Counted from the first letter of the stretch, positions 40,520 through 54,844 are shown. The stretch is 64,000 bases of DNA from Octopus sinensis (GCF_006345805.1 NC_043001.1:84816001-84880000), one strand, 5' to 3'. Numbers and translations: made by a program. Notes: a model not told the origin generated them from the letters alone.

Positions 40520-41619
40520 TATTTTCATCCATGAAAACATCACGTAGTATATGTATATATCTACTGAATTTTTGAGTACTGTTATAGATACACATATATG
40601 ATAATGAACATATATATATAGATGTATGTAGACAAAGTCACACGCCCTCTAACGTACATATATACACATATATACACTCATACACACACGCACGCATATA
40701 TATTTATATATATACATATATATTTATATATATACATATATATGTATGTATTTATATGTTTATACATATATGTAGTATTAAGTATATATTTGTGAGATCG
40801 ATAAGAAGTGTCAGTAACAAAAGTTAATTGATTGATTTATTGCTCATAATTTTCATTCATCAAACAAAAGCAAGCGTCACTTTTTATCAACACTTTCCTA
40901 ATAAGCAACAAAAAAAAAAATACCGCAAAAGTAAAAACAAAAATTCAAAAATAAGTAAAGAAAAACCGTGCAACAAAAAGCGCAAAAATCCATCGATTGA
41001 TGTCTCAGTAAACATTATAAAAATATATGTATGATATTTGATATTTAAAGATGCACTGATTGCCTAATTTCACGGGTTAGGCTTATGACTTTATCGTCAA
41101 ATTATTATTTAATGTTCGCGGAAGTTACTGTTGTTTAAAGAGTGGAAATAGTTTTACGGCCATCTTGAAAATTGTTACGAGTGATATTATCCACTGAATG
41201 ATTTTAAAATGAATAGTGTCTTTTCTGTTACTAAAATGATAGCTGGTTGGTGTAATGCAATATTACAGGGCTCCTTAATGTGTATTTTGCGCCCTCTTTC
41301 AAATATTTATGGGTCAAGAAAGGAGAATTGTAGATTTCTTTTTCTAGCGTTAGATGACATAACTTGCAAGCACGGCCGTGTGATTAAGAAGCACAGAATG
41401 CGACCTATTGCTTTCGGGTTCAGTCAAACTGCGCTGCACCTTGGAGGCAAAGTTTTTTACTAAAGCCCCTGACCAACCAGCGGTTTGGGAGAGATTTTAG
41501 TCGACAACATAGGACCCTTACGTATAGATATGCATATTTACAAACATACATTATACATACACATATACATACTTGTGCATATATATATATATACATGCGT
41601 TTAGGTAGTGGGTAGCGAT

Positions 41620-41970
41620 TTTCTTCACTACTTCAGGGAGTGACGACCCTGTCTGACATGAGTCCCGGGCTCAGCTGACTCTGGCTGACAGTACCCGGTA
41701 TAGGCCCCTCTCCAGGGTTACGGAAAGGAGCCAACCTTCGAAAAAATTCGGAGTGGAGCCCCGTAGGCGGTTTAGTCTTCAACTCAACACTCTTCCGGCA
41801 GCTCCTGCAACCAAACTGATGCCAAACGTAATGCTCCGCTCGCCTTTGGACTACATCAGCAAGGTCGAGAGAGGAATCGTGACAACTGGGCTACCCAGGA
41901 TTTTCTTACATCTACTCAGGCCTACGCAAAACTGGAGAGGACATGAAAAGTAAAAACCAGACTGCATTAA
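41620..41970 (+). mobile_element. GC-richer repeat fragment, possibly the 5' region of an RTE-clade LINE
   Basis: GC-rich island with GGAGCCCCGTAGGCGG and CTACTCAGGCC..GGAGAGGAC blocks that resemble RTE 5' regions as I recall them; no coding motif seen. Confidence 0.3.
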
Positions 41971-42359
41971 TTTATGCGCAGCTCCATTCTCTCTCGAGAC
42001 AAAAGGAAGCCAACAACAACAATATACATGCGTACATATGTCCGTATGTGTTTGTGTTTGTGCCTACTACTGCTTGACAACGGTTGTTTGCTTGTTTACA
42101 TCTTCGTAACTAAGCGGCTGGAGATTAGTGTTGGTGATGGTGGCGCAAAGAAATACATAGAAGTACAAGTCTTTAAAAAGTAAGTACTAAAATGGATTGT
42201 TCGTTTAAATCATTCAAAACTCTACCCTTCCATGGTCACGTCCCAATGACTGAAACACGTAAAAGATAAACAATTACTTATTCCAACCCTCTCCTCCCAA
42301 GTTCAAACCCAAACTAAGTCAACTTCATTTCTCATGACTAATATCTATTGTTACAAATC

Positions 42360-43170
42360 GGTGATCTGGCAGAATCGTTAGCACGCCGGGCAAAGTGCTT
42401 AACATCATTTCGTTCATCTTTCCGTTCTGAGTTCAAATTTCACTGAGGTCTACTTCGTCATTTGACCTTTCGGAGTGGATAAAGAAGTTAGCAGATGAGC
42501 ACTGGGGTCGGTGCAACCATTTACCCTCTCTTCGCCTCGATATTGCTGGCCTTGTGCCAAAACTTTAAACATATATTCATTATTACTAGACCAGGTTAGT
42601 GAATTGCAGAAATTATTAAAACTATCTTTCCTAGGTTTGCGTTCTAAGTTCAATTTCTGCCTTGCTGCCGAAAGCAAGTGCTTGTCATGCGACTACAAGC
42701 ATCGTGACCAATCTGCAGTTGTATTTATGAAATACAAGTATTTATAAAATTCGATGTCTTGCATTATTTGCTCCAGCTCTCTCCTTCCAAATTTCAAGTC
42801 CAGACCATGTGAACTCCAAATTTCGTACATTCTGAGGAAAATAATTAACGTTACTTGTCCACGTCGGTGAATTAGAGAAATCGTAAGAACGGAATATTTT
42901 CAGGCTTTTGCGCCCCAAGTGTAATTCCTGCCTTGGTGTCGAAACAAATGTGAGGGGGAGGGGAGGGGGAGAAATATTGGTATCTAACCATGGCACAAGG
43001 TCAGCAATTTCGATAGAGCAGGTAAGTCGATTATATTTATCCCAGTGATCAACTGGTATTTATTTTATCGATCAAGAGAAGATGAAAGGTAAAATCAACC
43101 GCGGCGAAATTTGAACTCAGAATGTAAAAATGGAGAAAATGTCGCTAAGCATTTTGCCAGCTCACTGCAT
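42360..43170. mobile_element. Cluster of family B SINE copies in both orientations
   Basis: CTGGCAGAATCGTTAGCACGCCGGGC..TTCTGAGTTCAAATT..GAGGTC on the plus strand (42360-42580); minus-strand copy at about 42990-43170. Confidence 0.7.
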
Positions 43171-44254
43171 TGAGAGGGAGAGATATTACAACTTGTTAAT
43201 TTAATATAAGTGATATCAACACTCTCTGTCCACAATGAGAAATATGCTCACACATATAAACCGAGAGAGAAAGGGAGAGAGAGAGAGAGAGAGAGAGAAA
43301 GAATATAACGAGAGAAATATTAAAATATGATGTCAAATAAGTCAGCGTCGAATGAGCGACGCCAAATAGGCGACACCAAAACAGCTGTGTGAAACGATTT
43401 CCTACTCAAAACAGTCCGTTCGACACCCTAACGATTCTGGAAATCTCCTGCCCAGGATTGTTGCTTATTTCCCGACCGACGAAAGTTTGGAAGCAAAGTT
43501 GACTTCAACAAGATTTGAAAGTAAGACGCTGTGAGTTGGAGCTAATGTAAAATACTCTAATGATAAATTATTATGCAAATTGAAAGTCATTAATATTTGC
43601 ATATTTGCACTCATAAGTAATTAAAAATTAGCATCATCAATGCAAATTGATTTATAAACAAGTGACCGGAACACAACACAATGCAAAACAACATCGTATA
43701 ACGTATTTTAATCATTAATTATATCGTATACTTAATGACTGAATGTATAAATGTAATTTATAAATTATATAGATTTAATGAAAATTTAATTAGCATAATA
43801 CAATACTGTGGTATTCCTCACCCAGATGGTAAATTTTCCAATATCGGGTTCAACAGTCTCAAATCTGCCCTTTCACTTATTGAAAGTATATTTAGCTACT
43901 AAGTTAACAACTGAGAATAAAATAATACAGTAAAACATTGAATTTTCTCTTGACAAAGCACGAAGAAAGAAAGTAATAAATAAATAGTTTCACATTTTTG
44001 GCACAGGGTCATCAATTTGGCGCCGGGTAGAGGATGAGTCGATGAAATCGACCCCAGTGCTCAACTGGTATATATTTTATCGAATGCTAAAAGATGAAAG
44101 GCAAAGTTGACCTCGACGTCATTTGAGGATGTATGGTCGGATGAGATGCCGCAAAGCATTTTGCGCGGGGTATTAACACTTGTGCCAGAAAATAATGAGA
44201 AAAGTAAATCAAATAAAAAGAATAATAGAAAAAAAATTGAATTATATTGCTAAA

Positions 44255-44487
44255 GGCGGCGAACTGGCAGAAATGTTAGCACGCCGGGCGAAATGCGTAG
44301 CCATATTTCGTCTGCCGTTGCGTACTGATTTCAAATTCTGCCGAGGTCGACTTTGCCTTTCATCATTTCGCGGTCGATAAATTAAGTACCAGTTTCGCAC
44401 TGGGGTCGATATAATCGACTTAATCCGTTTGTCTGTCCTTGTTTGTCCTCTCTGTGTTTAGCCCCTTGTGGGTAGTAAAGAAATAAG
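44255..44487 (+). mobile_element. Family B tRNA-SINE, near full length (partial copy follows to about 44567; inverted copy at about 43990-44190)
   Basis: GGCGGCGAACTGGCAGAAATGTTAGCACG (A-box-like) ... TTTCAAATTC (B-box-like), then core GTCGACTTTGCCTTTCATC..GGTCGATAAATTAAGTACCAG. Confidence 0.85.
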
Positions 44488-45428
44488 TATTTCGTCTGTC
44501 TTTATGTTCTCAGTTCAAATTCCGCCGAGGTCGACTTTGCCTGTCATCCTTTCGGGGTCGATAGATTGAGACTTTACAAAAAAAAAATGGAGAGAGAGAG
44601 ACGAAGACAGGTATATAATCAACAAAACGATGTATTAATTTAACGCACGGGAAGTGAGAAAGTCTTTTATGTTTCGAGCCTACGCTCTTCCACAGAAAAG
44701 AACACAGAAATAAACAGGGAGAGAAAATGAAAAAGGTTTAGTGGATAATGATCTATCATGACTTATGCCGGACAAAGGCGTCACACAGGAGAGCTAGGGC
44801 AGAAGGGGAGATAATAAAAGAGTGGTGATCCCAAAACAAAGGTGCGTATCATTTTGTAAGTTTAATAATTCATCGAATAGATCTTCACGAACACTTTGTG
44901 CAAATGAAAGCATTGGATTTAAGTACCTACGTAATCATTTTCTGGATCATTGACCTTTAAATGACCTTAACCATAACGTTATGGTTCCTTGCTGTAGAGA
45001 TACAATTCAAGTGGAGATAGAAATCTATTTATTATCTAGTGGAGCCTCGTACTTATTTTTCCACATTTCCTCAAACAGTGTAATATTTTATTTGTCCAAT
45101 GTTTGCGGTAGAATTAAATCAAATAATCCGGGATTGCCCCGCTCTACAACTCTTCATGAAGAACTTCCGGTATTTTACTTGCCTTTTGTTTGAACTCACC
45201 CATGATTTTACCATTTTTTCTTTCCTTCATGCATCCAAAAGATTTCACCCTCTCCTAGTCTCCATCACCTCCTCCATCACCACAAAATGTTGTGTCGATG
45301 CTGTTGCTTGTAGACTTTGAGTCTAATAACGCTAGAGAAGTTCACCGTCTGGTTTTTCGGTCTTTGTTTGCCGTTGGTGCGAACGTGCTAAAAATATATC
45401 TACTTCTGTTTGCTTCAGTTTTGGCTAC

Positions 45429-45645
45429 CAGTATTCAGGACTGCAACTAGTGAAACTCCATAAACATAGATAATAGCGGTCATGCTCTTCAATTCTGAGT
45501 CCTGTTGGAATTGTAGATACTGATGCCTGACGTGCTCTCTTGAGTTTCCGGTACTTGTTTAAAAAATGCGCTCGAATTCCTTTCGTAAATTGTGTAACAA
45601 CTGAGTCCACTGCTTTTATCCCGAGTCTGATAGCTTTCACACTAT
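45429..45645 (-). CDS. Candidate 217-nt exon (D)SVKAIRLG...RKLKRARQASVST...CSPEY(W), product unknown
   Basis: Non-repetitive open frame between ...cttctccagtactccattgag and GTAGCC; phase 1 to phase 2. Confidence 0.25.
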
Positions 45646-46242
45646 CTCAATGGAGTACTGGAGAAGATAGGCTTCTGTTCACGGGAAAATTGCTAAACTC
45701 CATCCATCTACACGTTGGTTAACTTCTCTTCACTCATCACCTACCCGTGCTCTTACATGTCCGTGGCTTTAAATCTTCAACAGTAACTAATGTTAGTTGC
45801 TTTCATTGAAATAAAGTCAACGAATTCCAGCATTCATATTAAAACAACAACGACATCAGCAACAACAACAACAATAAAGAAGAAGAAGGAGAAAATGAAG
45901 AAGAAGAAGAAGAGGAGGAGGAGGAGAAGGAGGAGGAGGAGGGGGAGGGGAGGAGGAGGAGGAGGGGGAGGAGGAGAAGCAGAAGAAGAAGAAGAAGAGC
46001 AACAGTCAATTGCCAAATATCGAACTTGCTGAAATAGTGCCTGGAAATGAAACTGAATCACTGATGTACTCACGCAGATCTTATCGCTTTATTAAATGCA
46101 ACACCCACAAGCTATTGAACAGGTTAATCACATCATGCTGTATTTTTTCCATTCAATAAACTTCTTGTCTTCGCAGGGAACACTTGCTGCAGCTAATAAC
46201 ACACAAGATATTTCTGTACATTTGAAAAACTATAGTGAACTG

Positions 46243-46496
46243 CAATGTTTCCCAACCATATTTTGCCTATGGACCCCTTTGATTCCAATTGTACTCGGGT
46301 GGAACCTCAAAGCCATTTGATGATTAAAAGTCCTATGATAATTTTATTAACAAATATTATTGGTAATTGTATATAAAAAAAGTTTTAAGATATTTTGTGT
46401 ATTGTAAACGTATAGCCCATTTATTGCACATAAGTTTTAACAATAAAATCTTACATGGAGCCCCAGGGTCTTGTGGACCCCGTTTGAGAACCACTG
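46243..46496. mobile_element. hAT (Charlie-like) MITE
   Basis: Termini CAATGTTTCCCAACC and GTTTGAGAACCACTG; flanking 8-mers GTGAACTG and GTGTAGTG (6/8 identical) fit a decayed 8-bp TSD. Confidence 0.7.
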
Positions 46497-47379
46497 GTGT
46501 AGTGTTTAGATACCATGAATCAGAATAGAGGTTCTTCTTTCCACTTCCGGCTATATCTGTTGTAGGTGTTAAGATGATAATATTTAATATAAGATAGTGG
46601 CGTATAAAATTTCTGTTTAGCGAAATGTATTGTATCCAGCAAAATAAGTAAATATAGCAAAAAGTTCGTCGAACTGAGGAAGTAGACAAAATACGATTAA
46701 TAAAAATATATATGATCAATATAAAGAATCAAAGGTGAAGATGATGTTGCAGCTGAAATATAAGTAGGCGGTATAGAGAGGGGAAAAGTGCTGAGAATAG
46801 CTTTAGAAGAAAATAAAAAAATGTAAAAGTAAAAAAAAAATTGATAAGTAAAATATGAGGGAAATAAGAGAAAGAAAAGAACAAAAAAATAAGGAAAGGA
46901 AATCGGTAAAATGGATGGAAAATGTTAGCAAGAAAGAAACTAAAAATGAAAACGGTCGCAAAGTATAAATTTATAGTGGATGTAGATGATTTAAAATGAA
47001 ACGAAGGCTGTATTTTAATTAGGTGATCGATAGTATATTGTAATTTTTTGCTGAAAACACAATTATAGACATAAAAAATAAATGCAGCCTAGAAACAAAA
47101 CTGATTTTCATACCACGACAATGGATAAAATTGAAAAAAAAAGAAAAGAAAAGAAACAGACGTCTGCAAAGTGTTCAGTCAGTATGTTCTCAACTTCGAG
47201 AAAATTTCACTTAGTTTTATTCGTCAGATATTATCAATATGTTTACTTATCTCTCTTTCTGTCTTTCCTCAGAAACACAGATATACACAAATATAGAATA
47301 CTACAGAAAAGCATAATCACACACATATTTCCAATTCACTCGTGACGAATATTTTAATATTTTACTGTAGTATGTACAC

Positions 47380-47410
<31 letters not shown>

Positions 47411-48550
47411 TGTATGTATGTATGTATGTATGTTTGTATGTATGTATGTATGTATGTATGTGTATTTATGTATGTATTTATGTATGTATGTTTGTATGTA
47501 TGTATGTATATATGTATGTAAGTATGCATCTGTCTGTCTGTCTAACTAACTAGCTCTATCTGCATGTCTATCGGCTTATCATCTGGGAAACCATATGCAT
47601 GTTGTTCACTAAGAAGACATAGATCTACTTATTTTATACAATTGTATTGCAACAAATACTCAGAAAATTTCTAGACTGATGTAGAAGACTTTTTGATTCT
47701 AGTAATAATCTGCTGACTTACAGTGCATATTTACTATCTTTGAGTAGTGGCATTTCTATCACCCACACTGACATATTTACTATTTTTGAGATATAGTATT
47801 TGTATCGTCCACACTGACAATTCCCCTCTATAATGACAATTTTCCTCTATAGCCTATAGTTGGTTTACAAATATTAGCAGCAAGCATTTTTCAGAATTTG
47901 GCTCGCTCCCCAAGAAGCGGTCTTCTTTTGTGAAAAACTTGTCTTTCAGTTACTAGGTACTTGGCGAGAAAGGCGAACAAAATGCAAACAGGATTAAAGC
48001 ATAATTTATGTCCTGAAAGTAGCTTTTATCTGATTTGTCTCCTTTGAAAATTCAACGTTTTTAACATCTACTCTTTATAGATTAGTATGTGCTCTATAAT
48101 GCATAACCTGTTGTTTGTTTAAACATAACTTCAGCTCTCTCCAGGTATAGTGTTTCCTCAACATTTCCGCATATATGACCCTCCACTGTAAAATAATTCT
48201 ATTACTAAAATAAATGACCGAAAATCTGGAAAATGTTATCATTAAAGAAGATGGTCTTCGCATTTCACTGGACTCTGCATTATAATCTATTTTTTTAAGG
48301 GTGCGATCTGGCAAAACCTCTATCATACTGGACAAAATGTTTAGCGGCATTTCATTCATCATTACGTTCTAAGTTCAAATTTCACTGAAGTCGACTTTGT
48401 ATTTCACCATTTCGGGGTCGATAAAATAAGTACCAGTCAAGTACTGGGGTCGATGTAAATCGACTTTCCCCACCAGAAATTTTTAGCTCTGTGCCAAAAT
48501 GTGAAACATTTATTTCTTTTACAAATTACACATGTGCGTGTGCGTCCGTT

Positions 48551-48581
<31 letters not shown>

Positions 48582-48640
48582 TGTGTGTGTGCGTGCGTGC
48601 GTGATCAACGTAGCTAGTTGTAAAATCTCAGGAAGGTATC

Positions 48641-49167
48641 AGAGTAGTAACTGTACTAACCAGTAAAGTTAATCCCCACATCAAAGTGACTGTTCCATGT
48701 TGCTATTAGTTTAAACCTTGGCAGATCTTCCGCCAGCTGGTTATCGGTGCAGCCTGCACCTTATACATATATATTTCTAGCAGGAGAGCGAACCCCTACC
48801 ATCCTCTAGCAGACAACAGAATCGTGAGACTGACTCAGTTTCGAGCTAGTTTGCTCATCGTTATTCGCGAGCATCTGGCTGCCAGAAAAAGGGCCAGGGT
48901 TCGCTCCAGTCAGCAATATATCGTAAACAAAGAGAGCATCGGTCATTGATTTGCAGCAAGCATAATAGCTAGGGAAGAGACCAGAGTAATAATTGTACTA
49001 ACTAGTAAAGTTAATTGCCACATCAAAGTGGCTCTTCCATGTTACAACTAGTTTAACCCCAGGCAGATCTCTCCACCAGCCAGCACCCTGTATATATATA
49101 TATAGCTAGCAGGAGAACGAACACCTACCATCCTCTAGCAGAAAACAGGATCGCTTGACTGACTCAG
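48641..49167. repeat. Two direct repeats of about 190 bp (48641-48838 and 48983-49167)
   Basis: Both read AGAGTA.TAA.TGTACTAAC.AGTAAAGTTAAT..CCACATCAAAGTG...CTACCATCCTCTAGCAGA.AACAG.ATCG...GACTGACTCAG. Confidence 0.8.
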
Positions 49168-49211
49168 GCTCGAACACGATGGCTTATCGTTTGTCGCGAG
49201 TACCTATGTAC

Positions 49212-49242
<31 letters not shown>

Positions 49243-50046
49243 TGTACGTATGTATGTATGTATGTATGTATGTATGTATGTATGTATGTATGTATGTACG
49301 TACGTATGTGTATGTGTATGTGCGTGCATGTGTATATGCGCCTAATTTGGAATATCATAATTAGAACTTCATTGTGTTGTTGTGTCACAATGTGTTTGTA
49401 TATTTACTGCATTCTATGAATATACAGTTAGGCAGACCAACAAAAGAAAAGGGCTCTCAATACGTGTTGAAGTTAAATAACCGTACTATACATTTTGTGG
49501 TTTAGAACTTGTTTACTCAAAATTTCTTACATGTCAAAAGCTTATCTATGCTTCGTGGTAACTAGTGAGAATACTACAGCTCATGATTAAGATTACTATC
49601 GATTGATTACTATCGCATGACGCATAACGTTTATTTGTATTTGACATTTTGGTTCACGAGATGGGGTCAATAGTAGTTTCATTGATGTATGTTTTAAAGA
49701 CATTCCTGAGTGACTACCTTGTGTGGAAAACCTATTACACAGTACATGGGTATAATAACTTGATGTCGTTAGAAGTTCCGATGAAGTTTTTTTTTAAATC
49801 ATTAAAATTTATTGTAGAGAGTTGTTAACTAATATTAATAGTTTACTAGGGGAGATCAATTTACAAGAAGTACATAGAAGATCATTCTCCTTCTTTTAAT
49901 ATGTACTCGTATAACTAGTCGGAAATATAAAGACAAAAATTTTTAGACTGGCTATATAAGGGGATTTCTCACATATGCATCTTGTTATACTGATCAGGTT
50001 GCTTCCTTAGTCCAGCGTATTCCACATAAACAGGGAAAGAAAGAAA

Positions 50047-50219
50047 ATACAAGTGACCAAAAATTGCAACATTCCCCTCAACGGGACGCCGGTGTGTGGC
50101 AGGGTCCAAAACCAGCCGTTTTCAGAGGAGGGTAAGAGTCGATTACATTAAACCCAAAATTTGACTGATATTTTATTTTTTTAACACAAAAAAGCAAAGA
50201 AAGAAAGAAAGAAAGAGAC

Positions 50220-50269
<50 letters not shown>

Positions 50270-50760
50270 TGTGTGTGTGAGACAGAGGCTAGTTGTATTC
50301 CAGAACCTAAAGCAATGTATATGCTAAGTGAAACTTCCCTTGTTATCATTAACTTTGTGGGCAGTGTAGTTCGTCATGATAACGCTCGATGGCGTAAGAG
50401 TTATATCATATACCAGTTTTGAACACGTAGAATCCTCTTTGTGGATAGGTTACAAGCGAGCACCACGGACAGAGGTTGTGTAGGTGTACGGTTTTCTCTG
50501 CTGTATCGTGCAATGTTAGTAACCATATATTGTGCGTAGAGTAGTAATTACCCTTAACGTTGTATTTGAAAACAATTCGAGTCCTAGCCCTCAAAAAACC
50601 AGTTCCCATTGAATACAAGTCACCAAAGATCGCAACATTCCTCTGAACGGGACACCGGTTTATAGCAGAGTCCAAAGCCAGCAGTTTTCAGAAGAGAGTA
50701 AGAGTCGATTAAATCATACCCAAAATTTCACTCGTACTTTCTCTTCTTAACACATGAAAA
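50047..50760. repeat. Direct duplication of about 140 bp (from 50047 and from 50613), each running into a family B SINE remnant
   Basis: ATACAAGT.ACCAAA.AT.GCAACATTCC.CT.AACGGGAC.CCGGT...GTCCAAA.CCAGC.GTTTTCAGA.GAG.GTAAGAGTCGATTA occurs in both copies. Confidence 0.75.
50414..50583 (-). CDS. Candidate 170-nt exon TRIVFKYNVKG...HNLCPWCSLVTYPQRGFYVFKT
   Basis: Open non-repetitive frame between ...tttgagggctag and GTATAT; phase 2 to phase 1, compatible with the candidates on both sides. Confidence 0.25.
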
Positions 50761-51828
50761 GCAAAGTTGATGTCGGTGTGATTTGAACTCAGAACGTAAA
50801 CAATCTGGAGAAATACGTTAAGCATTTTGTCTGGCGTGCTAACCATTCTGCTAGCTCTCTTCTTTTAACACTATATAGATTTAAAATTCTCGTGAAATTG
50901 ATGTGCAAGCAAAGTGGTGTCTAACGAGAGATATAAATATCTTGGTTAGATATCTTGTCTGAATATACGATTACTGATATATTCTCCTCCTTGCAACACT
51001 CTCCGAGAGTGTAAGCTATAATATTTCATTAACCCTACTTCTCCTAACTCACCATACTCAAGAGGTTAAGCCACAGCGAAAATATTTCCTTCTCAGGACG
51101 AATTGAAAATTCCTTTAGTAACTATTTCCTACTCACCATGATAAGAAGAGCAGTTGCGATTCTGTTTAATATATGCGGTCTTCATGTTCGGTTAACTGTA
51201 TGGGTAATATTTCTCTGCCTTGAGTGTCTATGGAACCGTCGGTAAGCAGGTTGGTGATGATACTGAGGTTTAAAAGAACCTCCCCAAACATCTGTATGAA
51301 GAGCTTCCTGAATTAATCCATGGTATAACTATTTATAATTAAAAACCAATACTAATTAAAATTTTACATGTGTTCGAGTGATTATACATGCATACATACG
51401 TACATACAGGCAGAGACACAGACACACAGATACACACACATATACTCATACACACACACAAACACACACATATATATATACATATATACACACATACACA
51501 CACACAAACACACACATATATACATATATACACACATACACACGCACACAAACACACACATATATACATATATACACACATACACACATATATGTATGAA
51601 TGTGCGTATGTATGCATGTATGCATTATGCAGACGTGTGTACACACATTTGTACACATGTGGTTTTACAGCCATATATTCTTTCAAAAAACAATGTGTTA
51701 AAGTATAAAAACACTTTCTGTAGTAACTAAGTCCAGTCTCTAGAAACTTTTCGACAAATCACTGAATTGAATAAAAGAAACAAATCTATCAAAAACAAAT
51801 ATAATATAAAATACTAAAATATCAATAT

Positions 51829-51878
<50 letters not shown>

Positions 51879-52443
51879 ATAATAACAATAATAATAATAA
51901 CCCCACAGGTAAAATACATTACTGAAGAAATTAATGCATTGACTAACTTTACGTACATTTATCAGAAGGAAAACACATACGTACCTTGCAAGTTAGTTTT
52001 AGAGAGCATGAATTACAATTCAAGTTGATAAAAAAAAAACGTGTGAATATTTTAAAGATAACATCCCTATCTAACATGCCTCGTTTTTTCCCGCTGGTCA
52101 ATGCTAACCGATAACATGGCGTCGTACATACACTAAACTACTAGTCGTACTAGATTTACTCTTAGAGTTTATTGTTATTGTTCTATATATATATATATTT
52201 CCCGTCTGTTATTGGTGCATGAATAATTGTTCTTGCTTAAATAATCGTGGATTCTTATCTCTCCTTCAGAAATTCTTTTACAATGCCCTGCGATCCACTG
52301 ATTAAGTAACATCAGATAAACTATACGCTGTTGATTGCTGATCGCTAACATTTATCTATAAATCATGATTCTTGCACAATTTATTTAGCTCCTAAACAAC
52401 AACACTTACTACTACTACTACTACTAATACTACTACAACTAAA

Positions 52444-52569
<126 letters not shown>

Positions 52570-53254
52570 ACCAAAACATAGTCGGAATTGATCCCCTTCC
52601 GTAGCACAAGGAATGAAAATTAAATTCGCTATTGTTATACTTTCCTCGCTGCATTAGATTTTCTTTTTTTAAAATATTCTGGCAAATGATTTTTTCCCAG
52701 AAATTGGAGCTCCGTACCTGCTAAGGCCGGCCCTGAACATAACTATATGTTAACTATTTATTTTGATTTCTTTCATACACTAGACACAATGTTAGCAATA
52801 ATGGTTACCTAAAAGAAAGGTTGATTTAAACATCCACCTCTATTATATCTCAGAGTTTCATAAGACAAATAAGCACAAAGGAAAGGAAAAATTTTCAAAA
52901 TTTTATTTTTAAAGACTAAGTAATCGATGTATAAAGATATCTAGCTGACAAAATCGTTAACAATTCGGAGAGAAGCTTAGCAATGTTTCTTTCAGATTCT
53001 TACGTTCTGAATTCATATCACGCCGACGTCAATTTTACCTCTAGTTCTTTCAGGTGTCGGTAAAATAATGTATCAGCGCCTATTAGGATTAGTGCAATCG
53101 ACTTGCATATTTACTTGCAACGGACAACCGTCTATATCAAGGAAAATTTTGTGATCTTGGTCACTTATACGCCATGGAAATTTGGAGACCAATATTTTGT
53201 GTCATAGCTACTCGGGAAAAAATTGATGTATTAATACTAGTGAATGAAAACATA

Positions 53255-53471
53255 TAAGGGCATGCGAAAAAGTTCATTGCTTAAAGAATAGCACGAAAGG
53301 CCTGCTTGGAGGCCAAAGCTTTCGAATTCCTTTACAGGGTTAAGGAAACCTTAACGTCCGCTGCAATAAGTGTGTGAATCTGAGAGGGGAATATGTTGAA
53401 TAAAATCATGGCTAAATGATCCTCTTGTATTTTCTTTTACCCAAAGCGAGGAAGTTTTCAGCACCCCTTCG
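53255..53471 (+). mobile_element. Non-autonomous mariner MITE
   Basis: TA-flanked; left end TAAGGGCATGCGAAAAAGTTC resembles the reverse complement of the right end GAAGTTTTCAGCACCCCTTCG. The interior keeps the mariner C-terminal remnant (KCV...GEYVE*). Confidence 0.65.
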
Positions 53472-53835
53472 TATCTCTCTCTATCTGAAAAAAGATACGT
53501 TGAATTTATTGATTGTAGTCGAAACCCAACTAGCAATTATTCCCCGGCCATATTTCGGTTTGATTAAGCGTTATTATTGATATTTATTAACCACAGGTTT
53601 CACCGTAGCTAAACATACTCCGACCAGACAATTATAGACAAGTATTAAAATAAATATGAAGAATTACAGTTTTGGTAATTTAAGAATATCTATAAAATGA
53701 CACATTTAGATTTAGTTATGCAATAAATATCAATAGAGATTATCAGTTTTGTGTTCAAAAGAGAGAAGAAAAAAATCAATACAGACAGAGAGACGTATAT
53801 AGACAAGAGATTCAGCTACATACCCCGTGCCCAGT

Positions 53836-54025
53836 GAAGATGATGATAATGATGACGATGATGACGATGATGATGATGATGACGATGATGATGACGATGA
53901 CGATGACGATGATGATGATGATGATGATGATGATGACGACGATGATGACGATGATGACGATGATGATGATGATGACGATGATGACGACGATGACGACGAC
54001 GACGATGATGATGATGATGATGATA

Positions 54026-54068
<43 letters not shown>

Positions 54069-54154
54069 GGATGATGATGATGGTAATGGTGATGATAGTG
54101 ATGCTGAAAAGGATGAAATTGGTGATGATGATGATGATGATGATGACGATGATG
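53836..54154. repeat. (GAT/GAC)n trinucleotide microsatellite
   Basis: About 105 units; produces the poly-D, poly-M, poly-S and poly-I ORFs. Confidence 0.95.
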
Positions 54155-54420
54155 AGCGCCGCAACGGCGGTTGTGGTTATAGTGATGTTAGTGTTGGTTA
54201 GGGTGATAACAGTGAATAAGATAACGATGATGATGCAGATATCTTCCAAGGCAGCTAATATTGCTGTCAATTAATCATCTTAGATCCGCGTACGACGTTT
54301 CTGAATCTATGTACAAATGGCTCGCTTAACTGAATTAATTTACTTATTAATCCACGTTTACATCTGTGTAAATACATACATGCGCGCGCCTGCCGGCATG
54401 TGTATATGTCCGTGTGTATG

Positions 54421-54461
<41 letters not shown>

Positions 54462-54844
54462 AAGTCAAATTGCGATAACATAAAATTAATTATTATCGCT
54501 GGTGAAACTAGCTCAGGCCATATATTATTCATATATCAGTACATTAAAAGGCGAAATATGTGCTAGAAACACAGAAGCTAGATAAATTTAGTGAAATGAA
54601 AGTAAAAACATTTACTAACTCGGTTCCTCTTAGACTGCAGTTTCGTTCTTTTCAGCAATAAAGATAATTTATTTGCTCAGGGAGAATTCATCGGTAAGAG
54701 CCCTGTTGTTCTGAGATCCTAACTCACATGTGCTTCTAATGATTTGCTCTCTCTAACTAATCAGATCACTGCGCAGACTCAGAACGTCCCGACAAAACTA
54801 GGGATTATATATATATATGTATGAGTATATGTATGAGTATATAT

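Noticed and set aside
45878-46000. Lys/Arg/Gly/Glu-rich ORF (45790-46032)
   Set aside because: (GAA)n/(GGA)n purine microsatellite.
53827-54201. Poly-Asp ORF resembling acidic molluscan biomineral proteins
   Set aside because: GTG start, no signal peptide, all six frames open, and no convincing splice sites; a (GAT/GAC)n microsatellite explains it. RNA-seq coverage would reopen the question.
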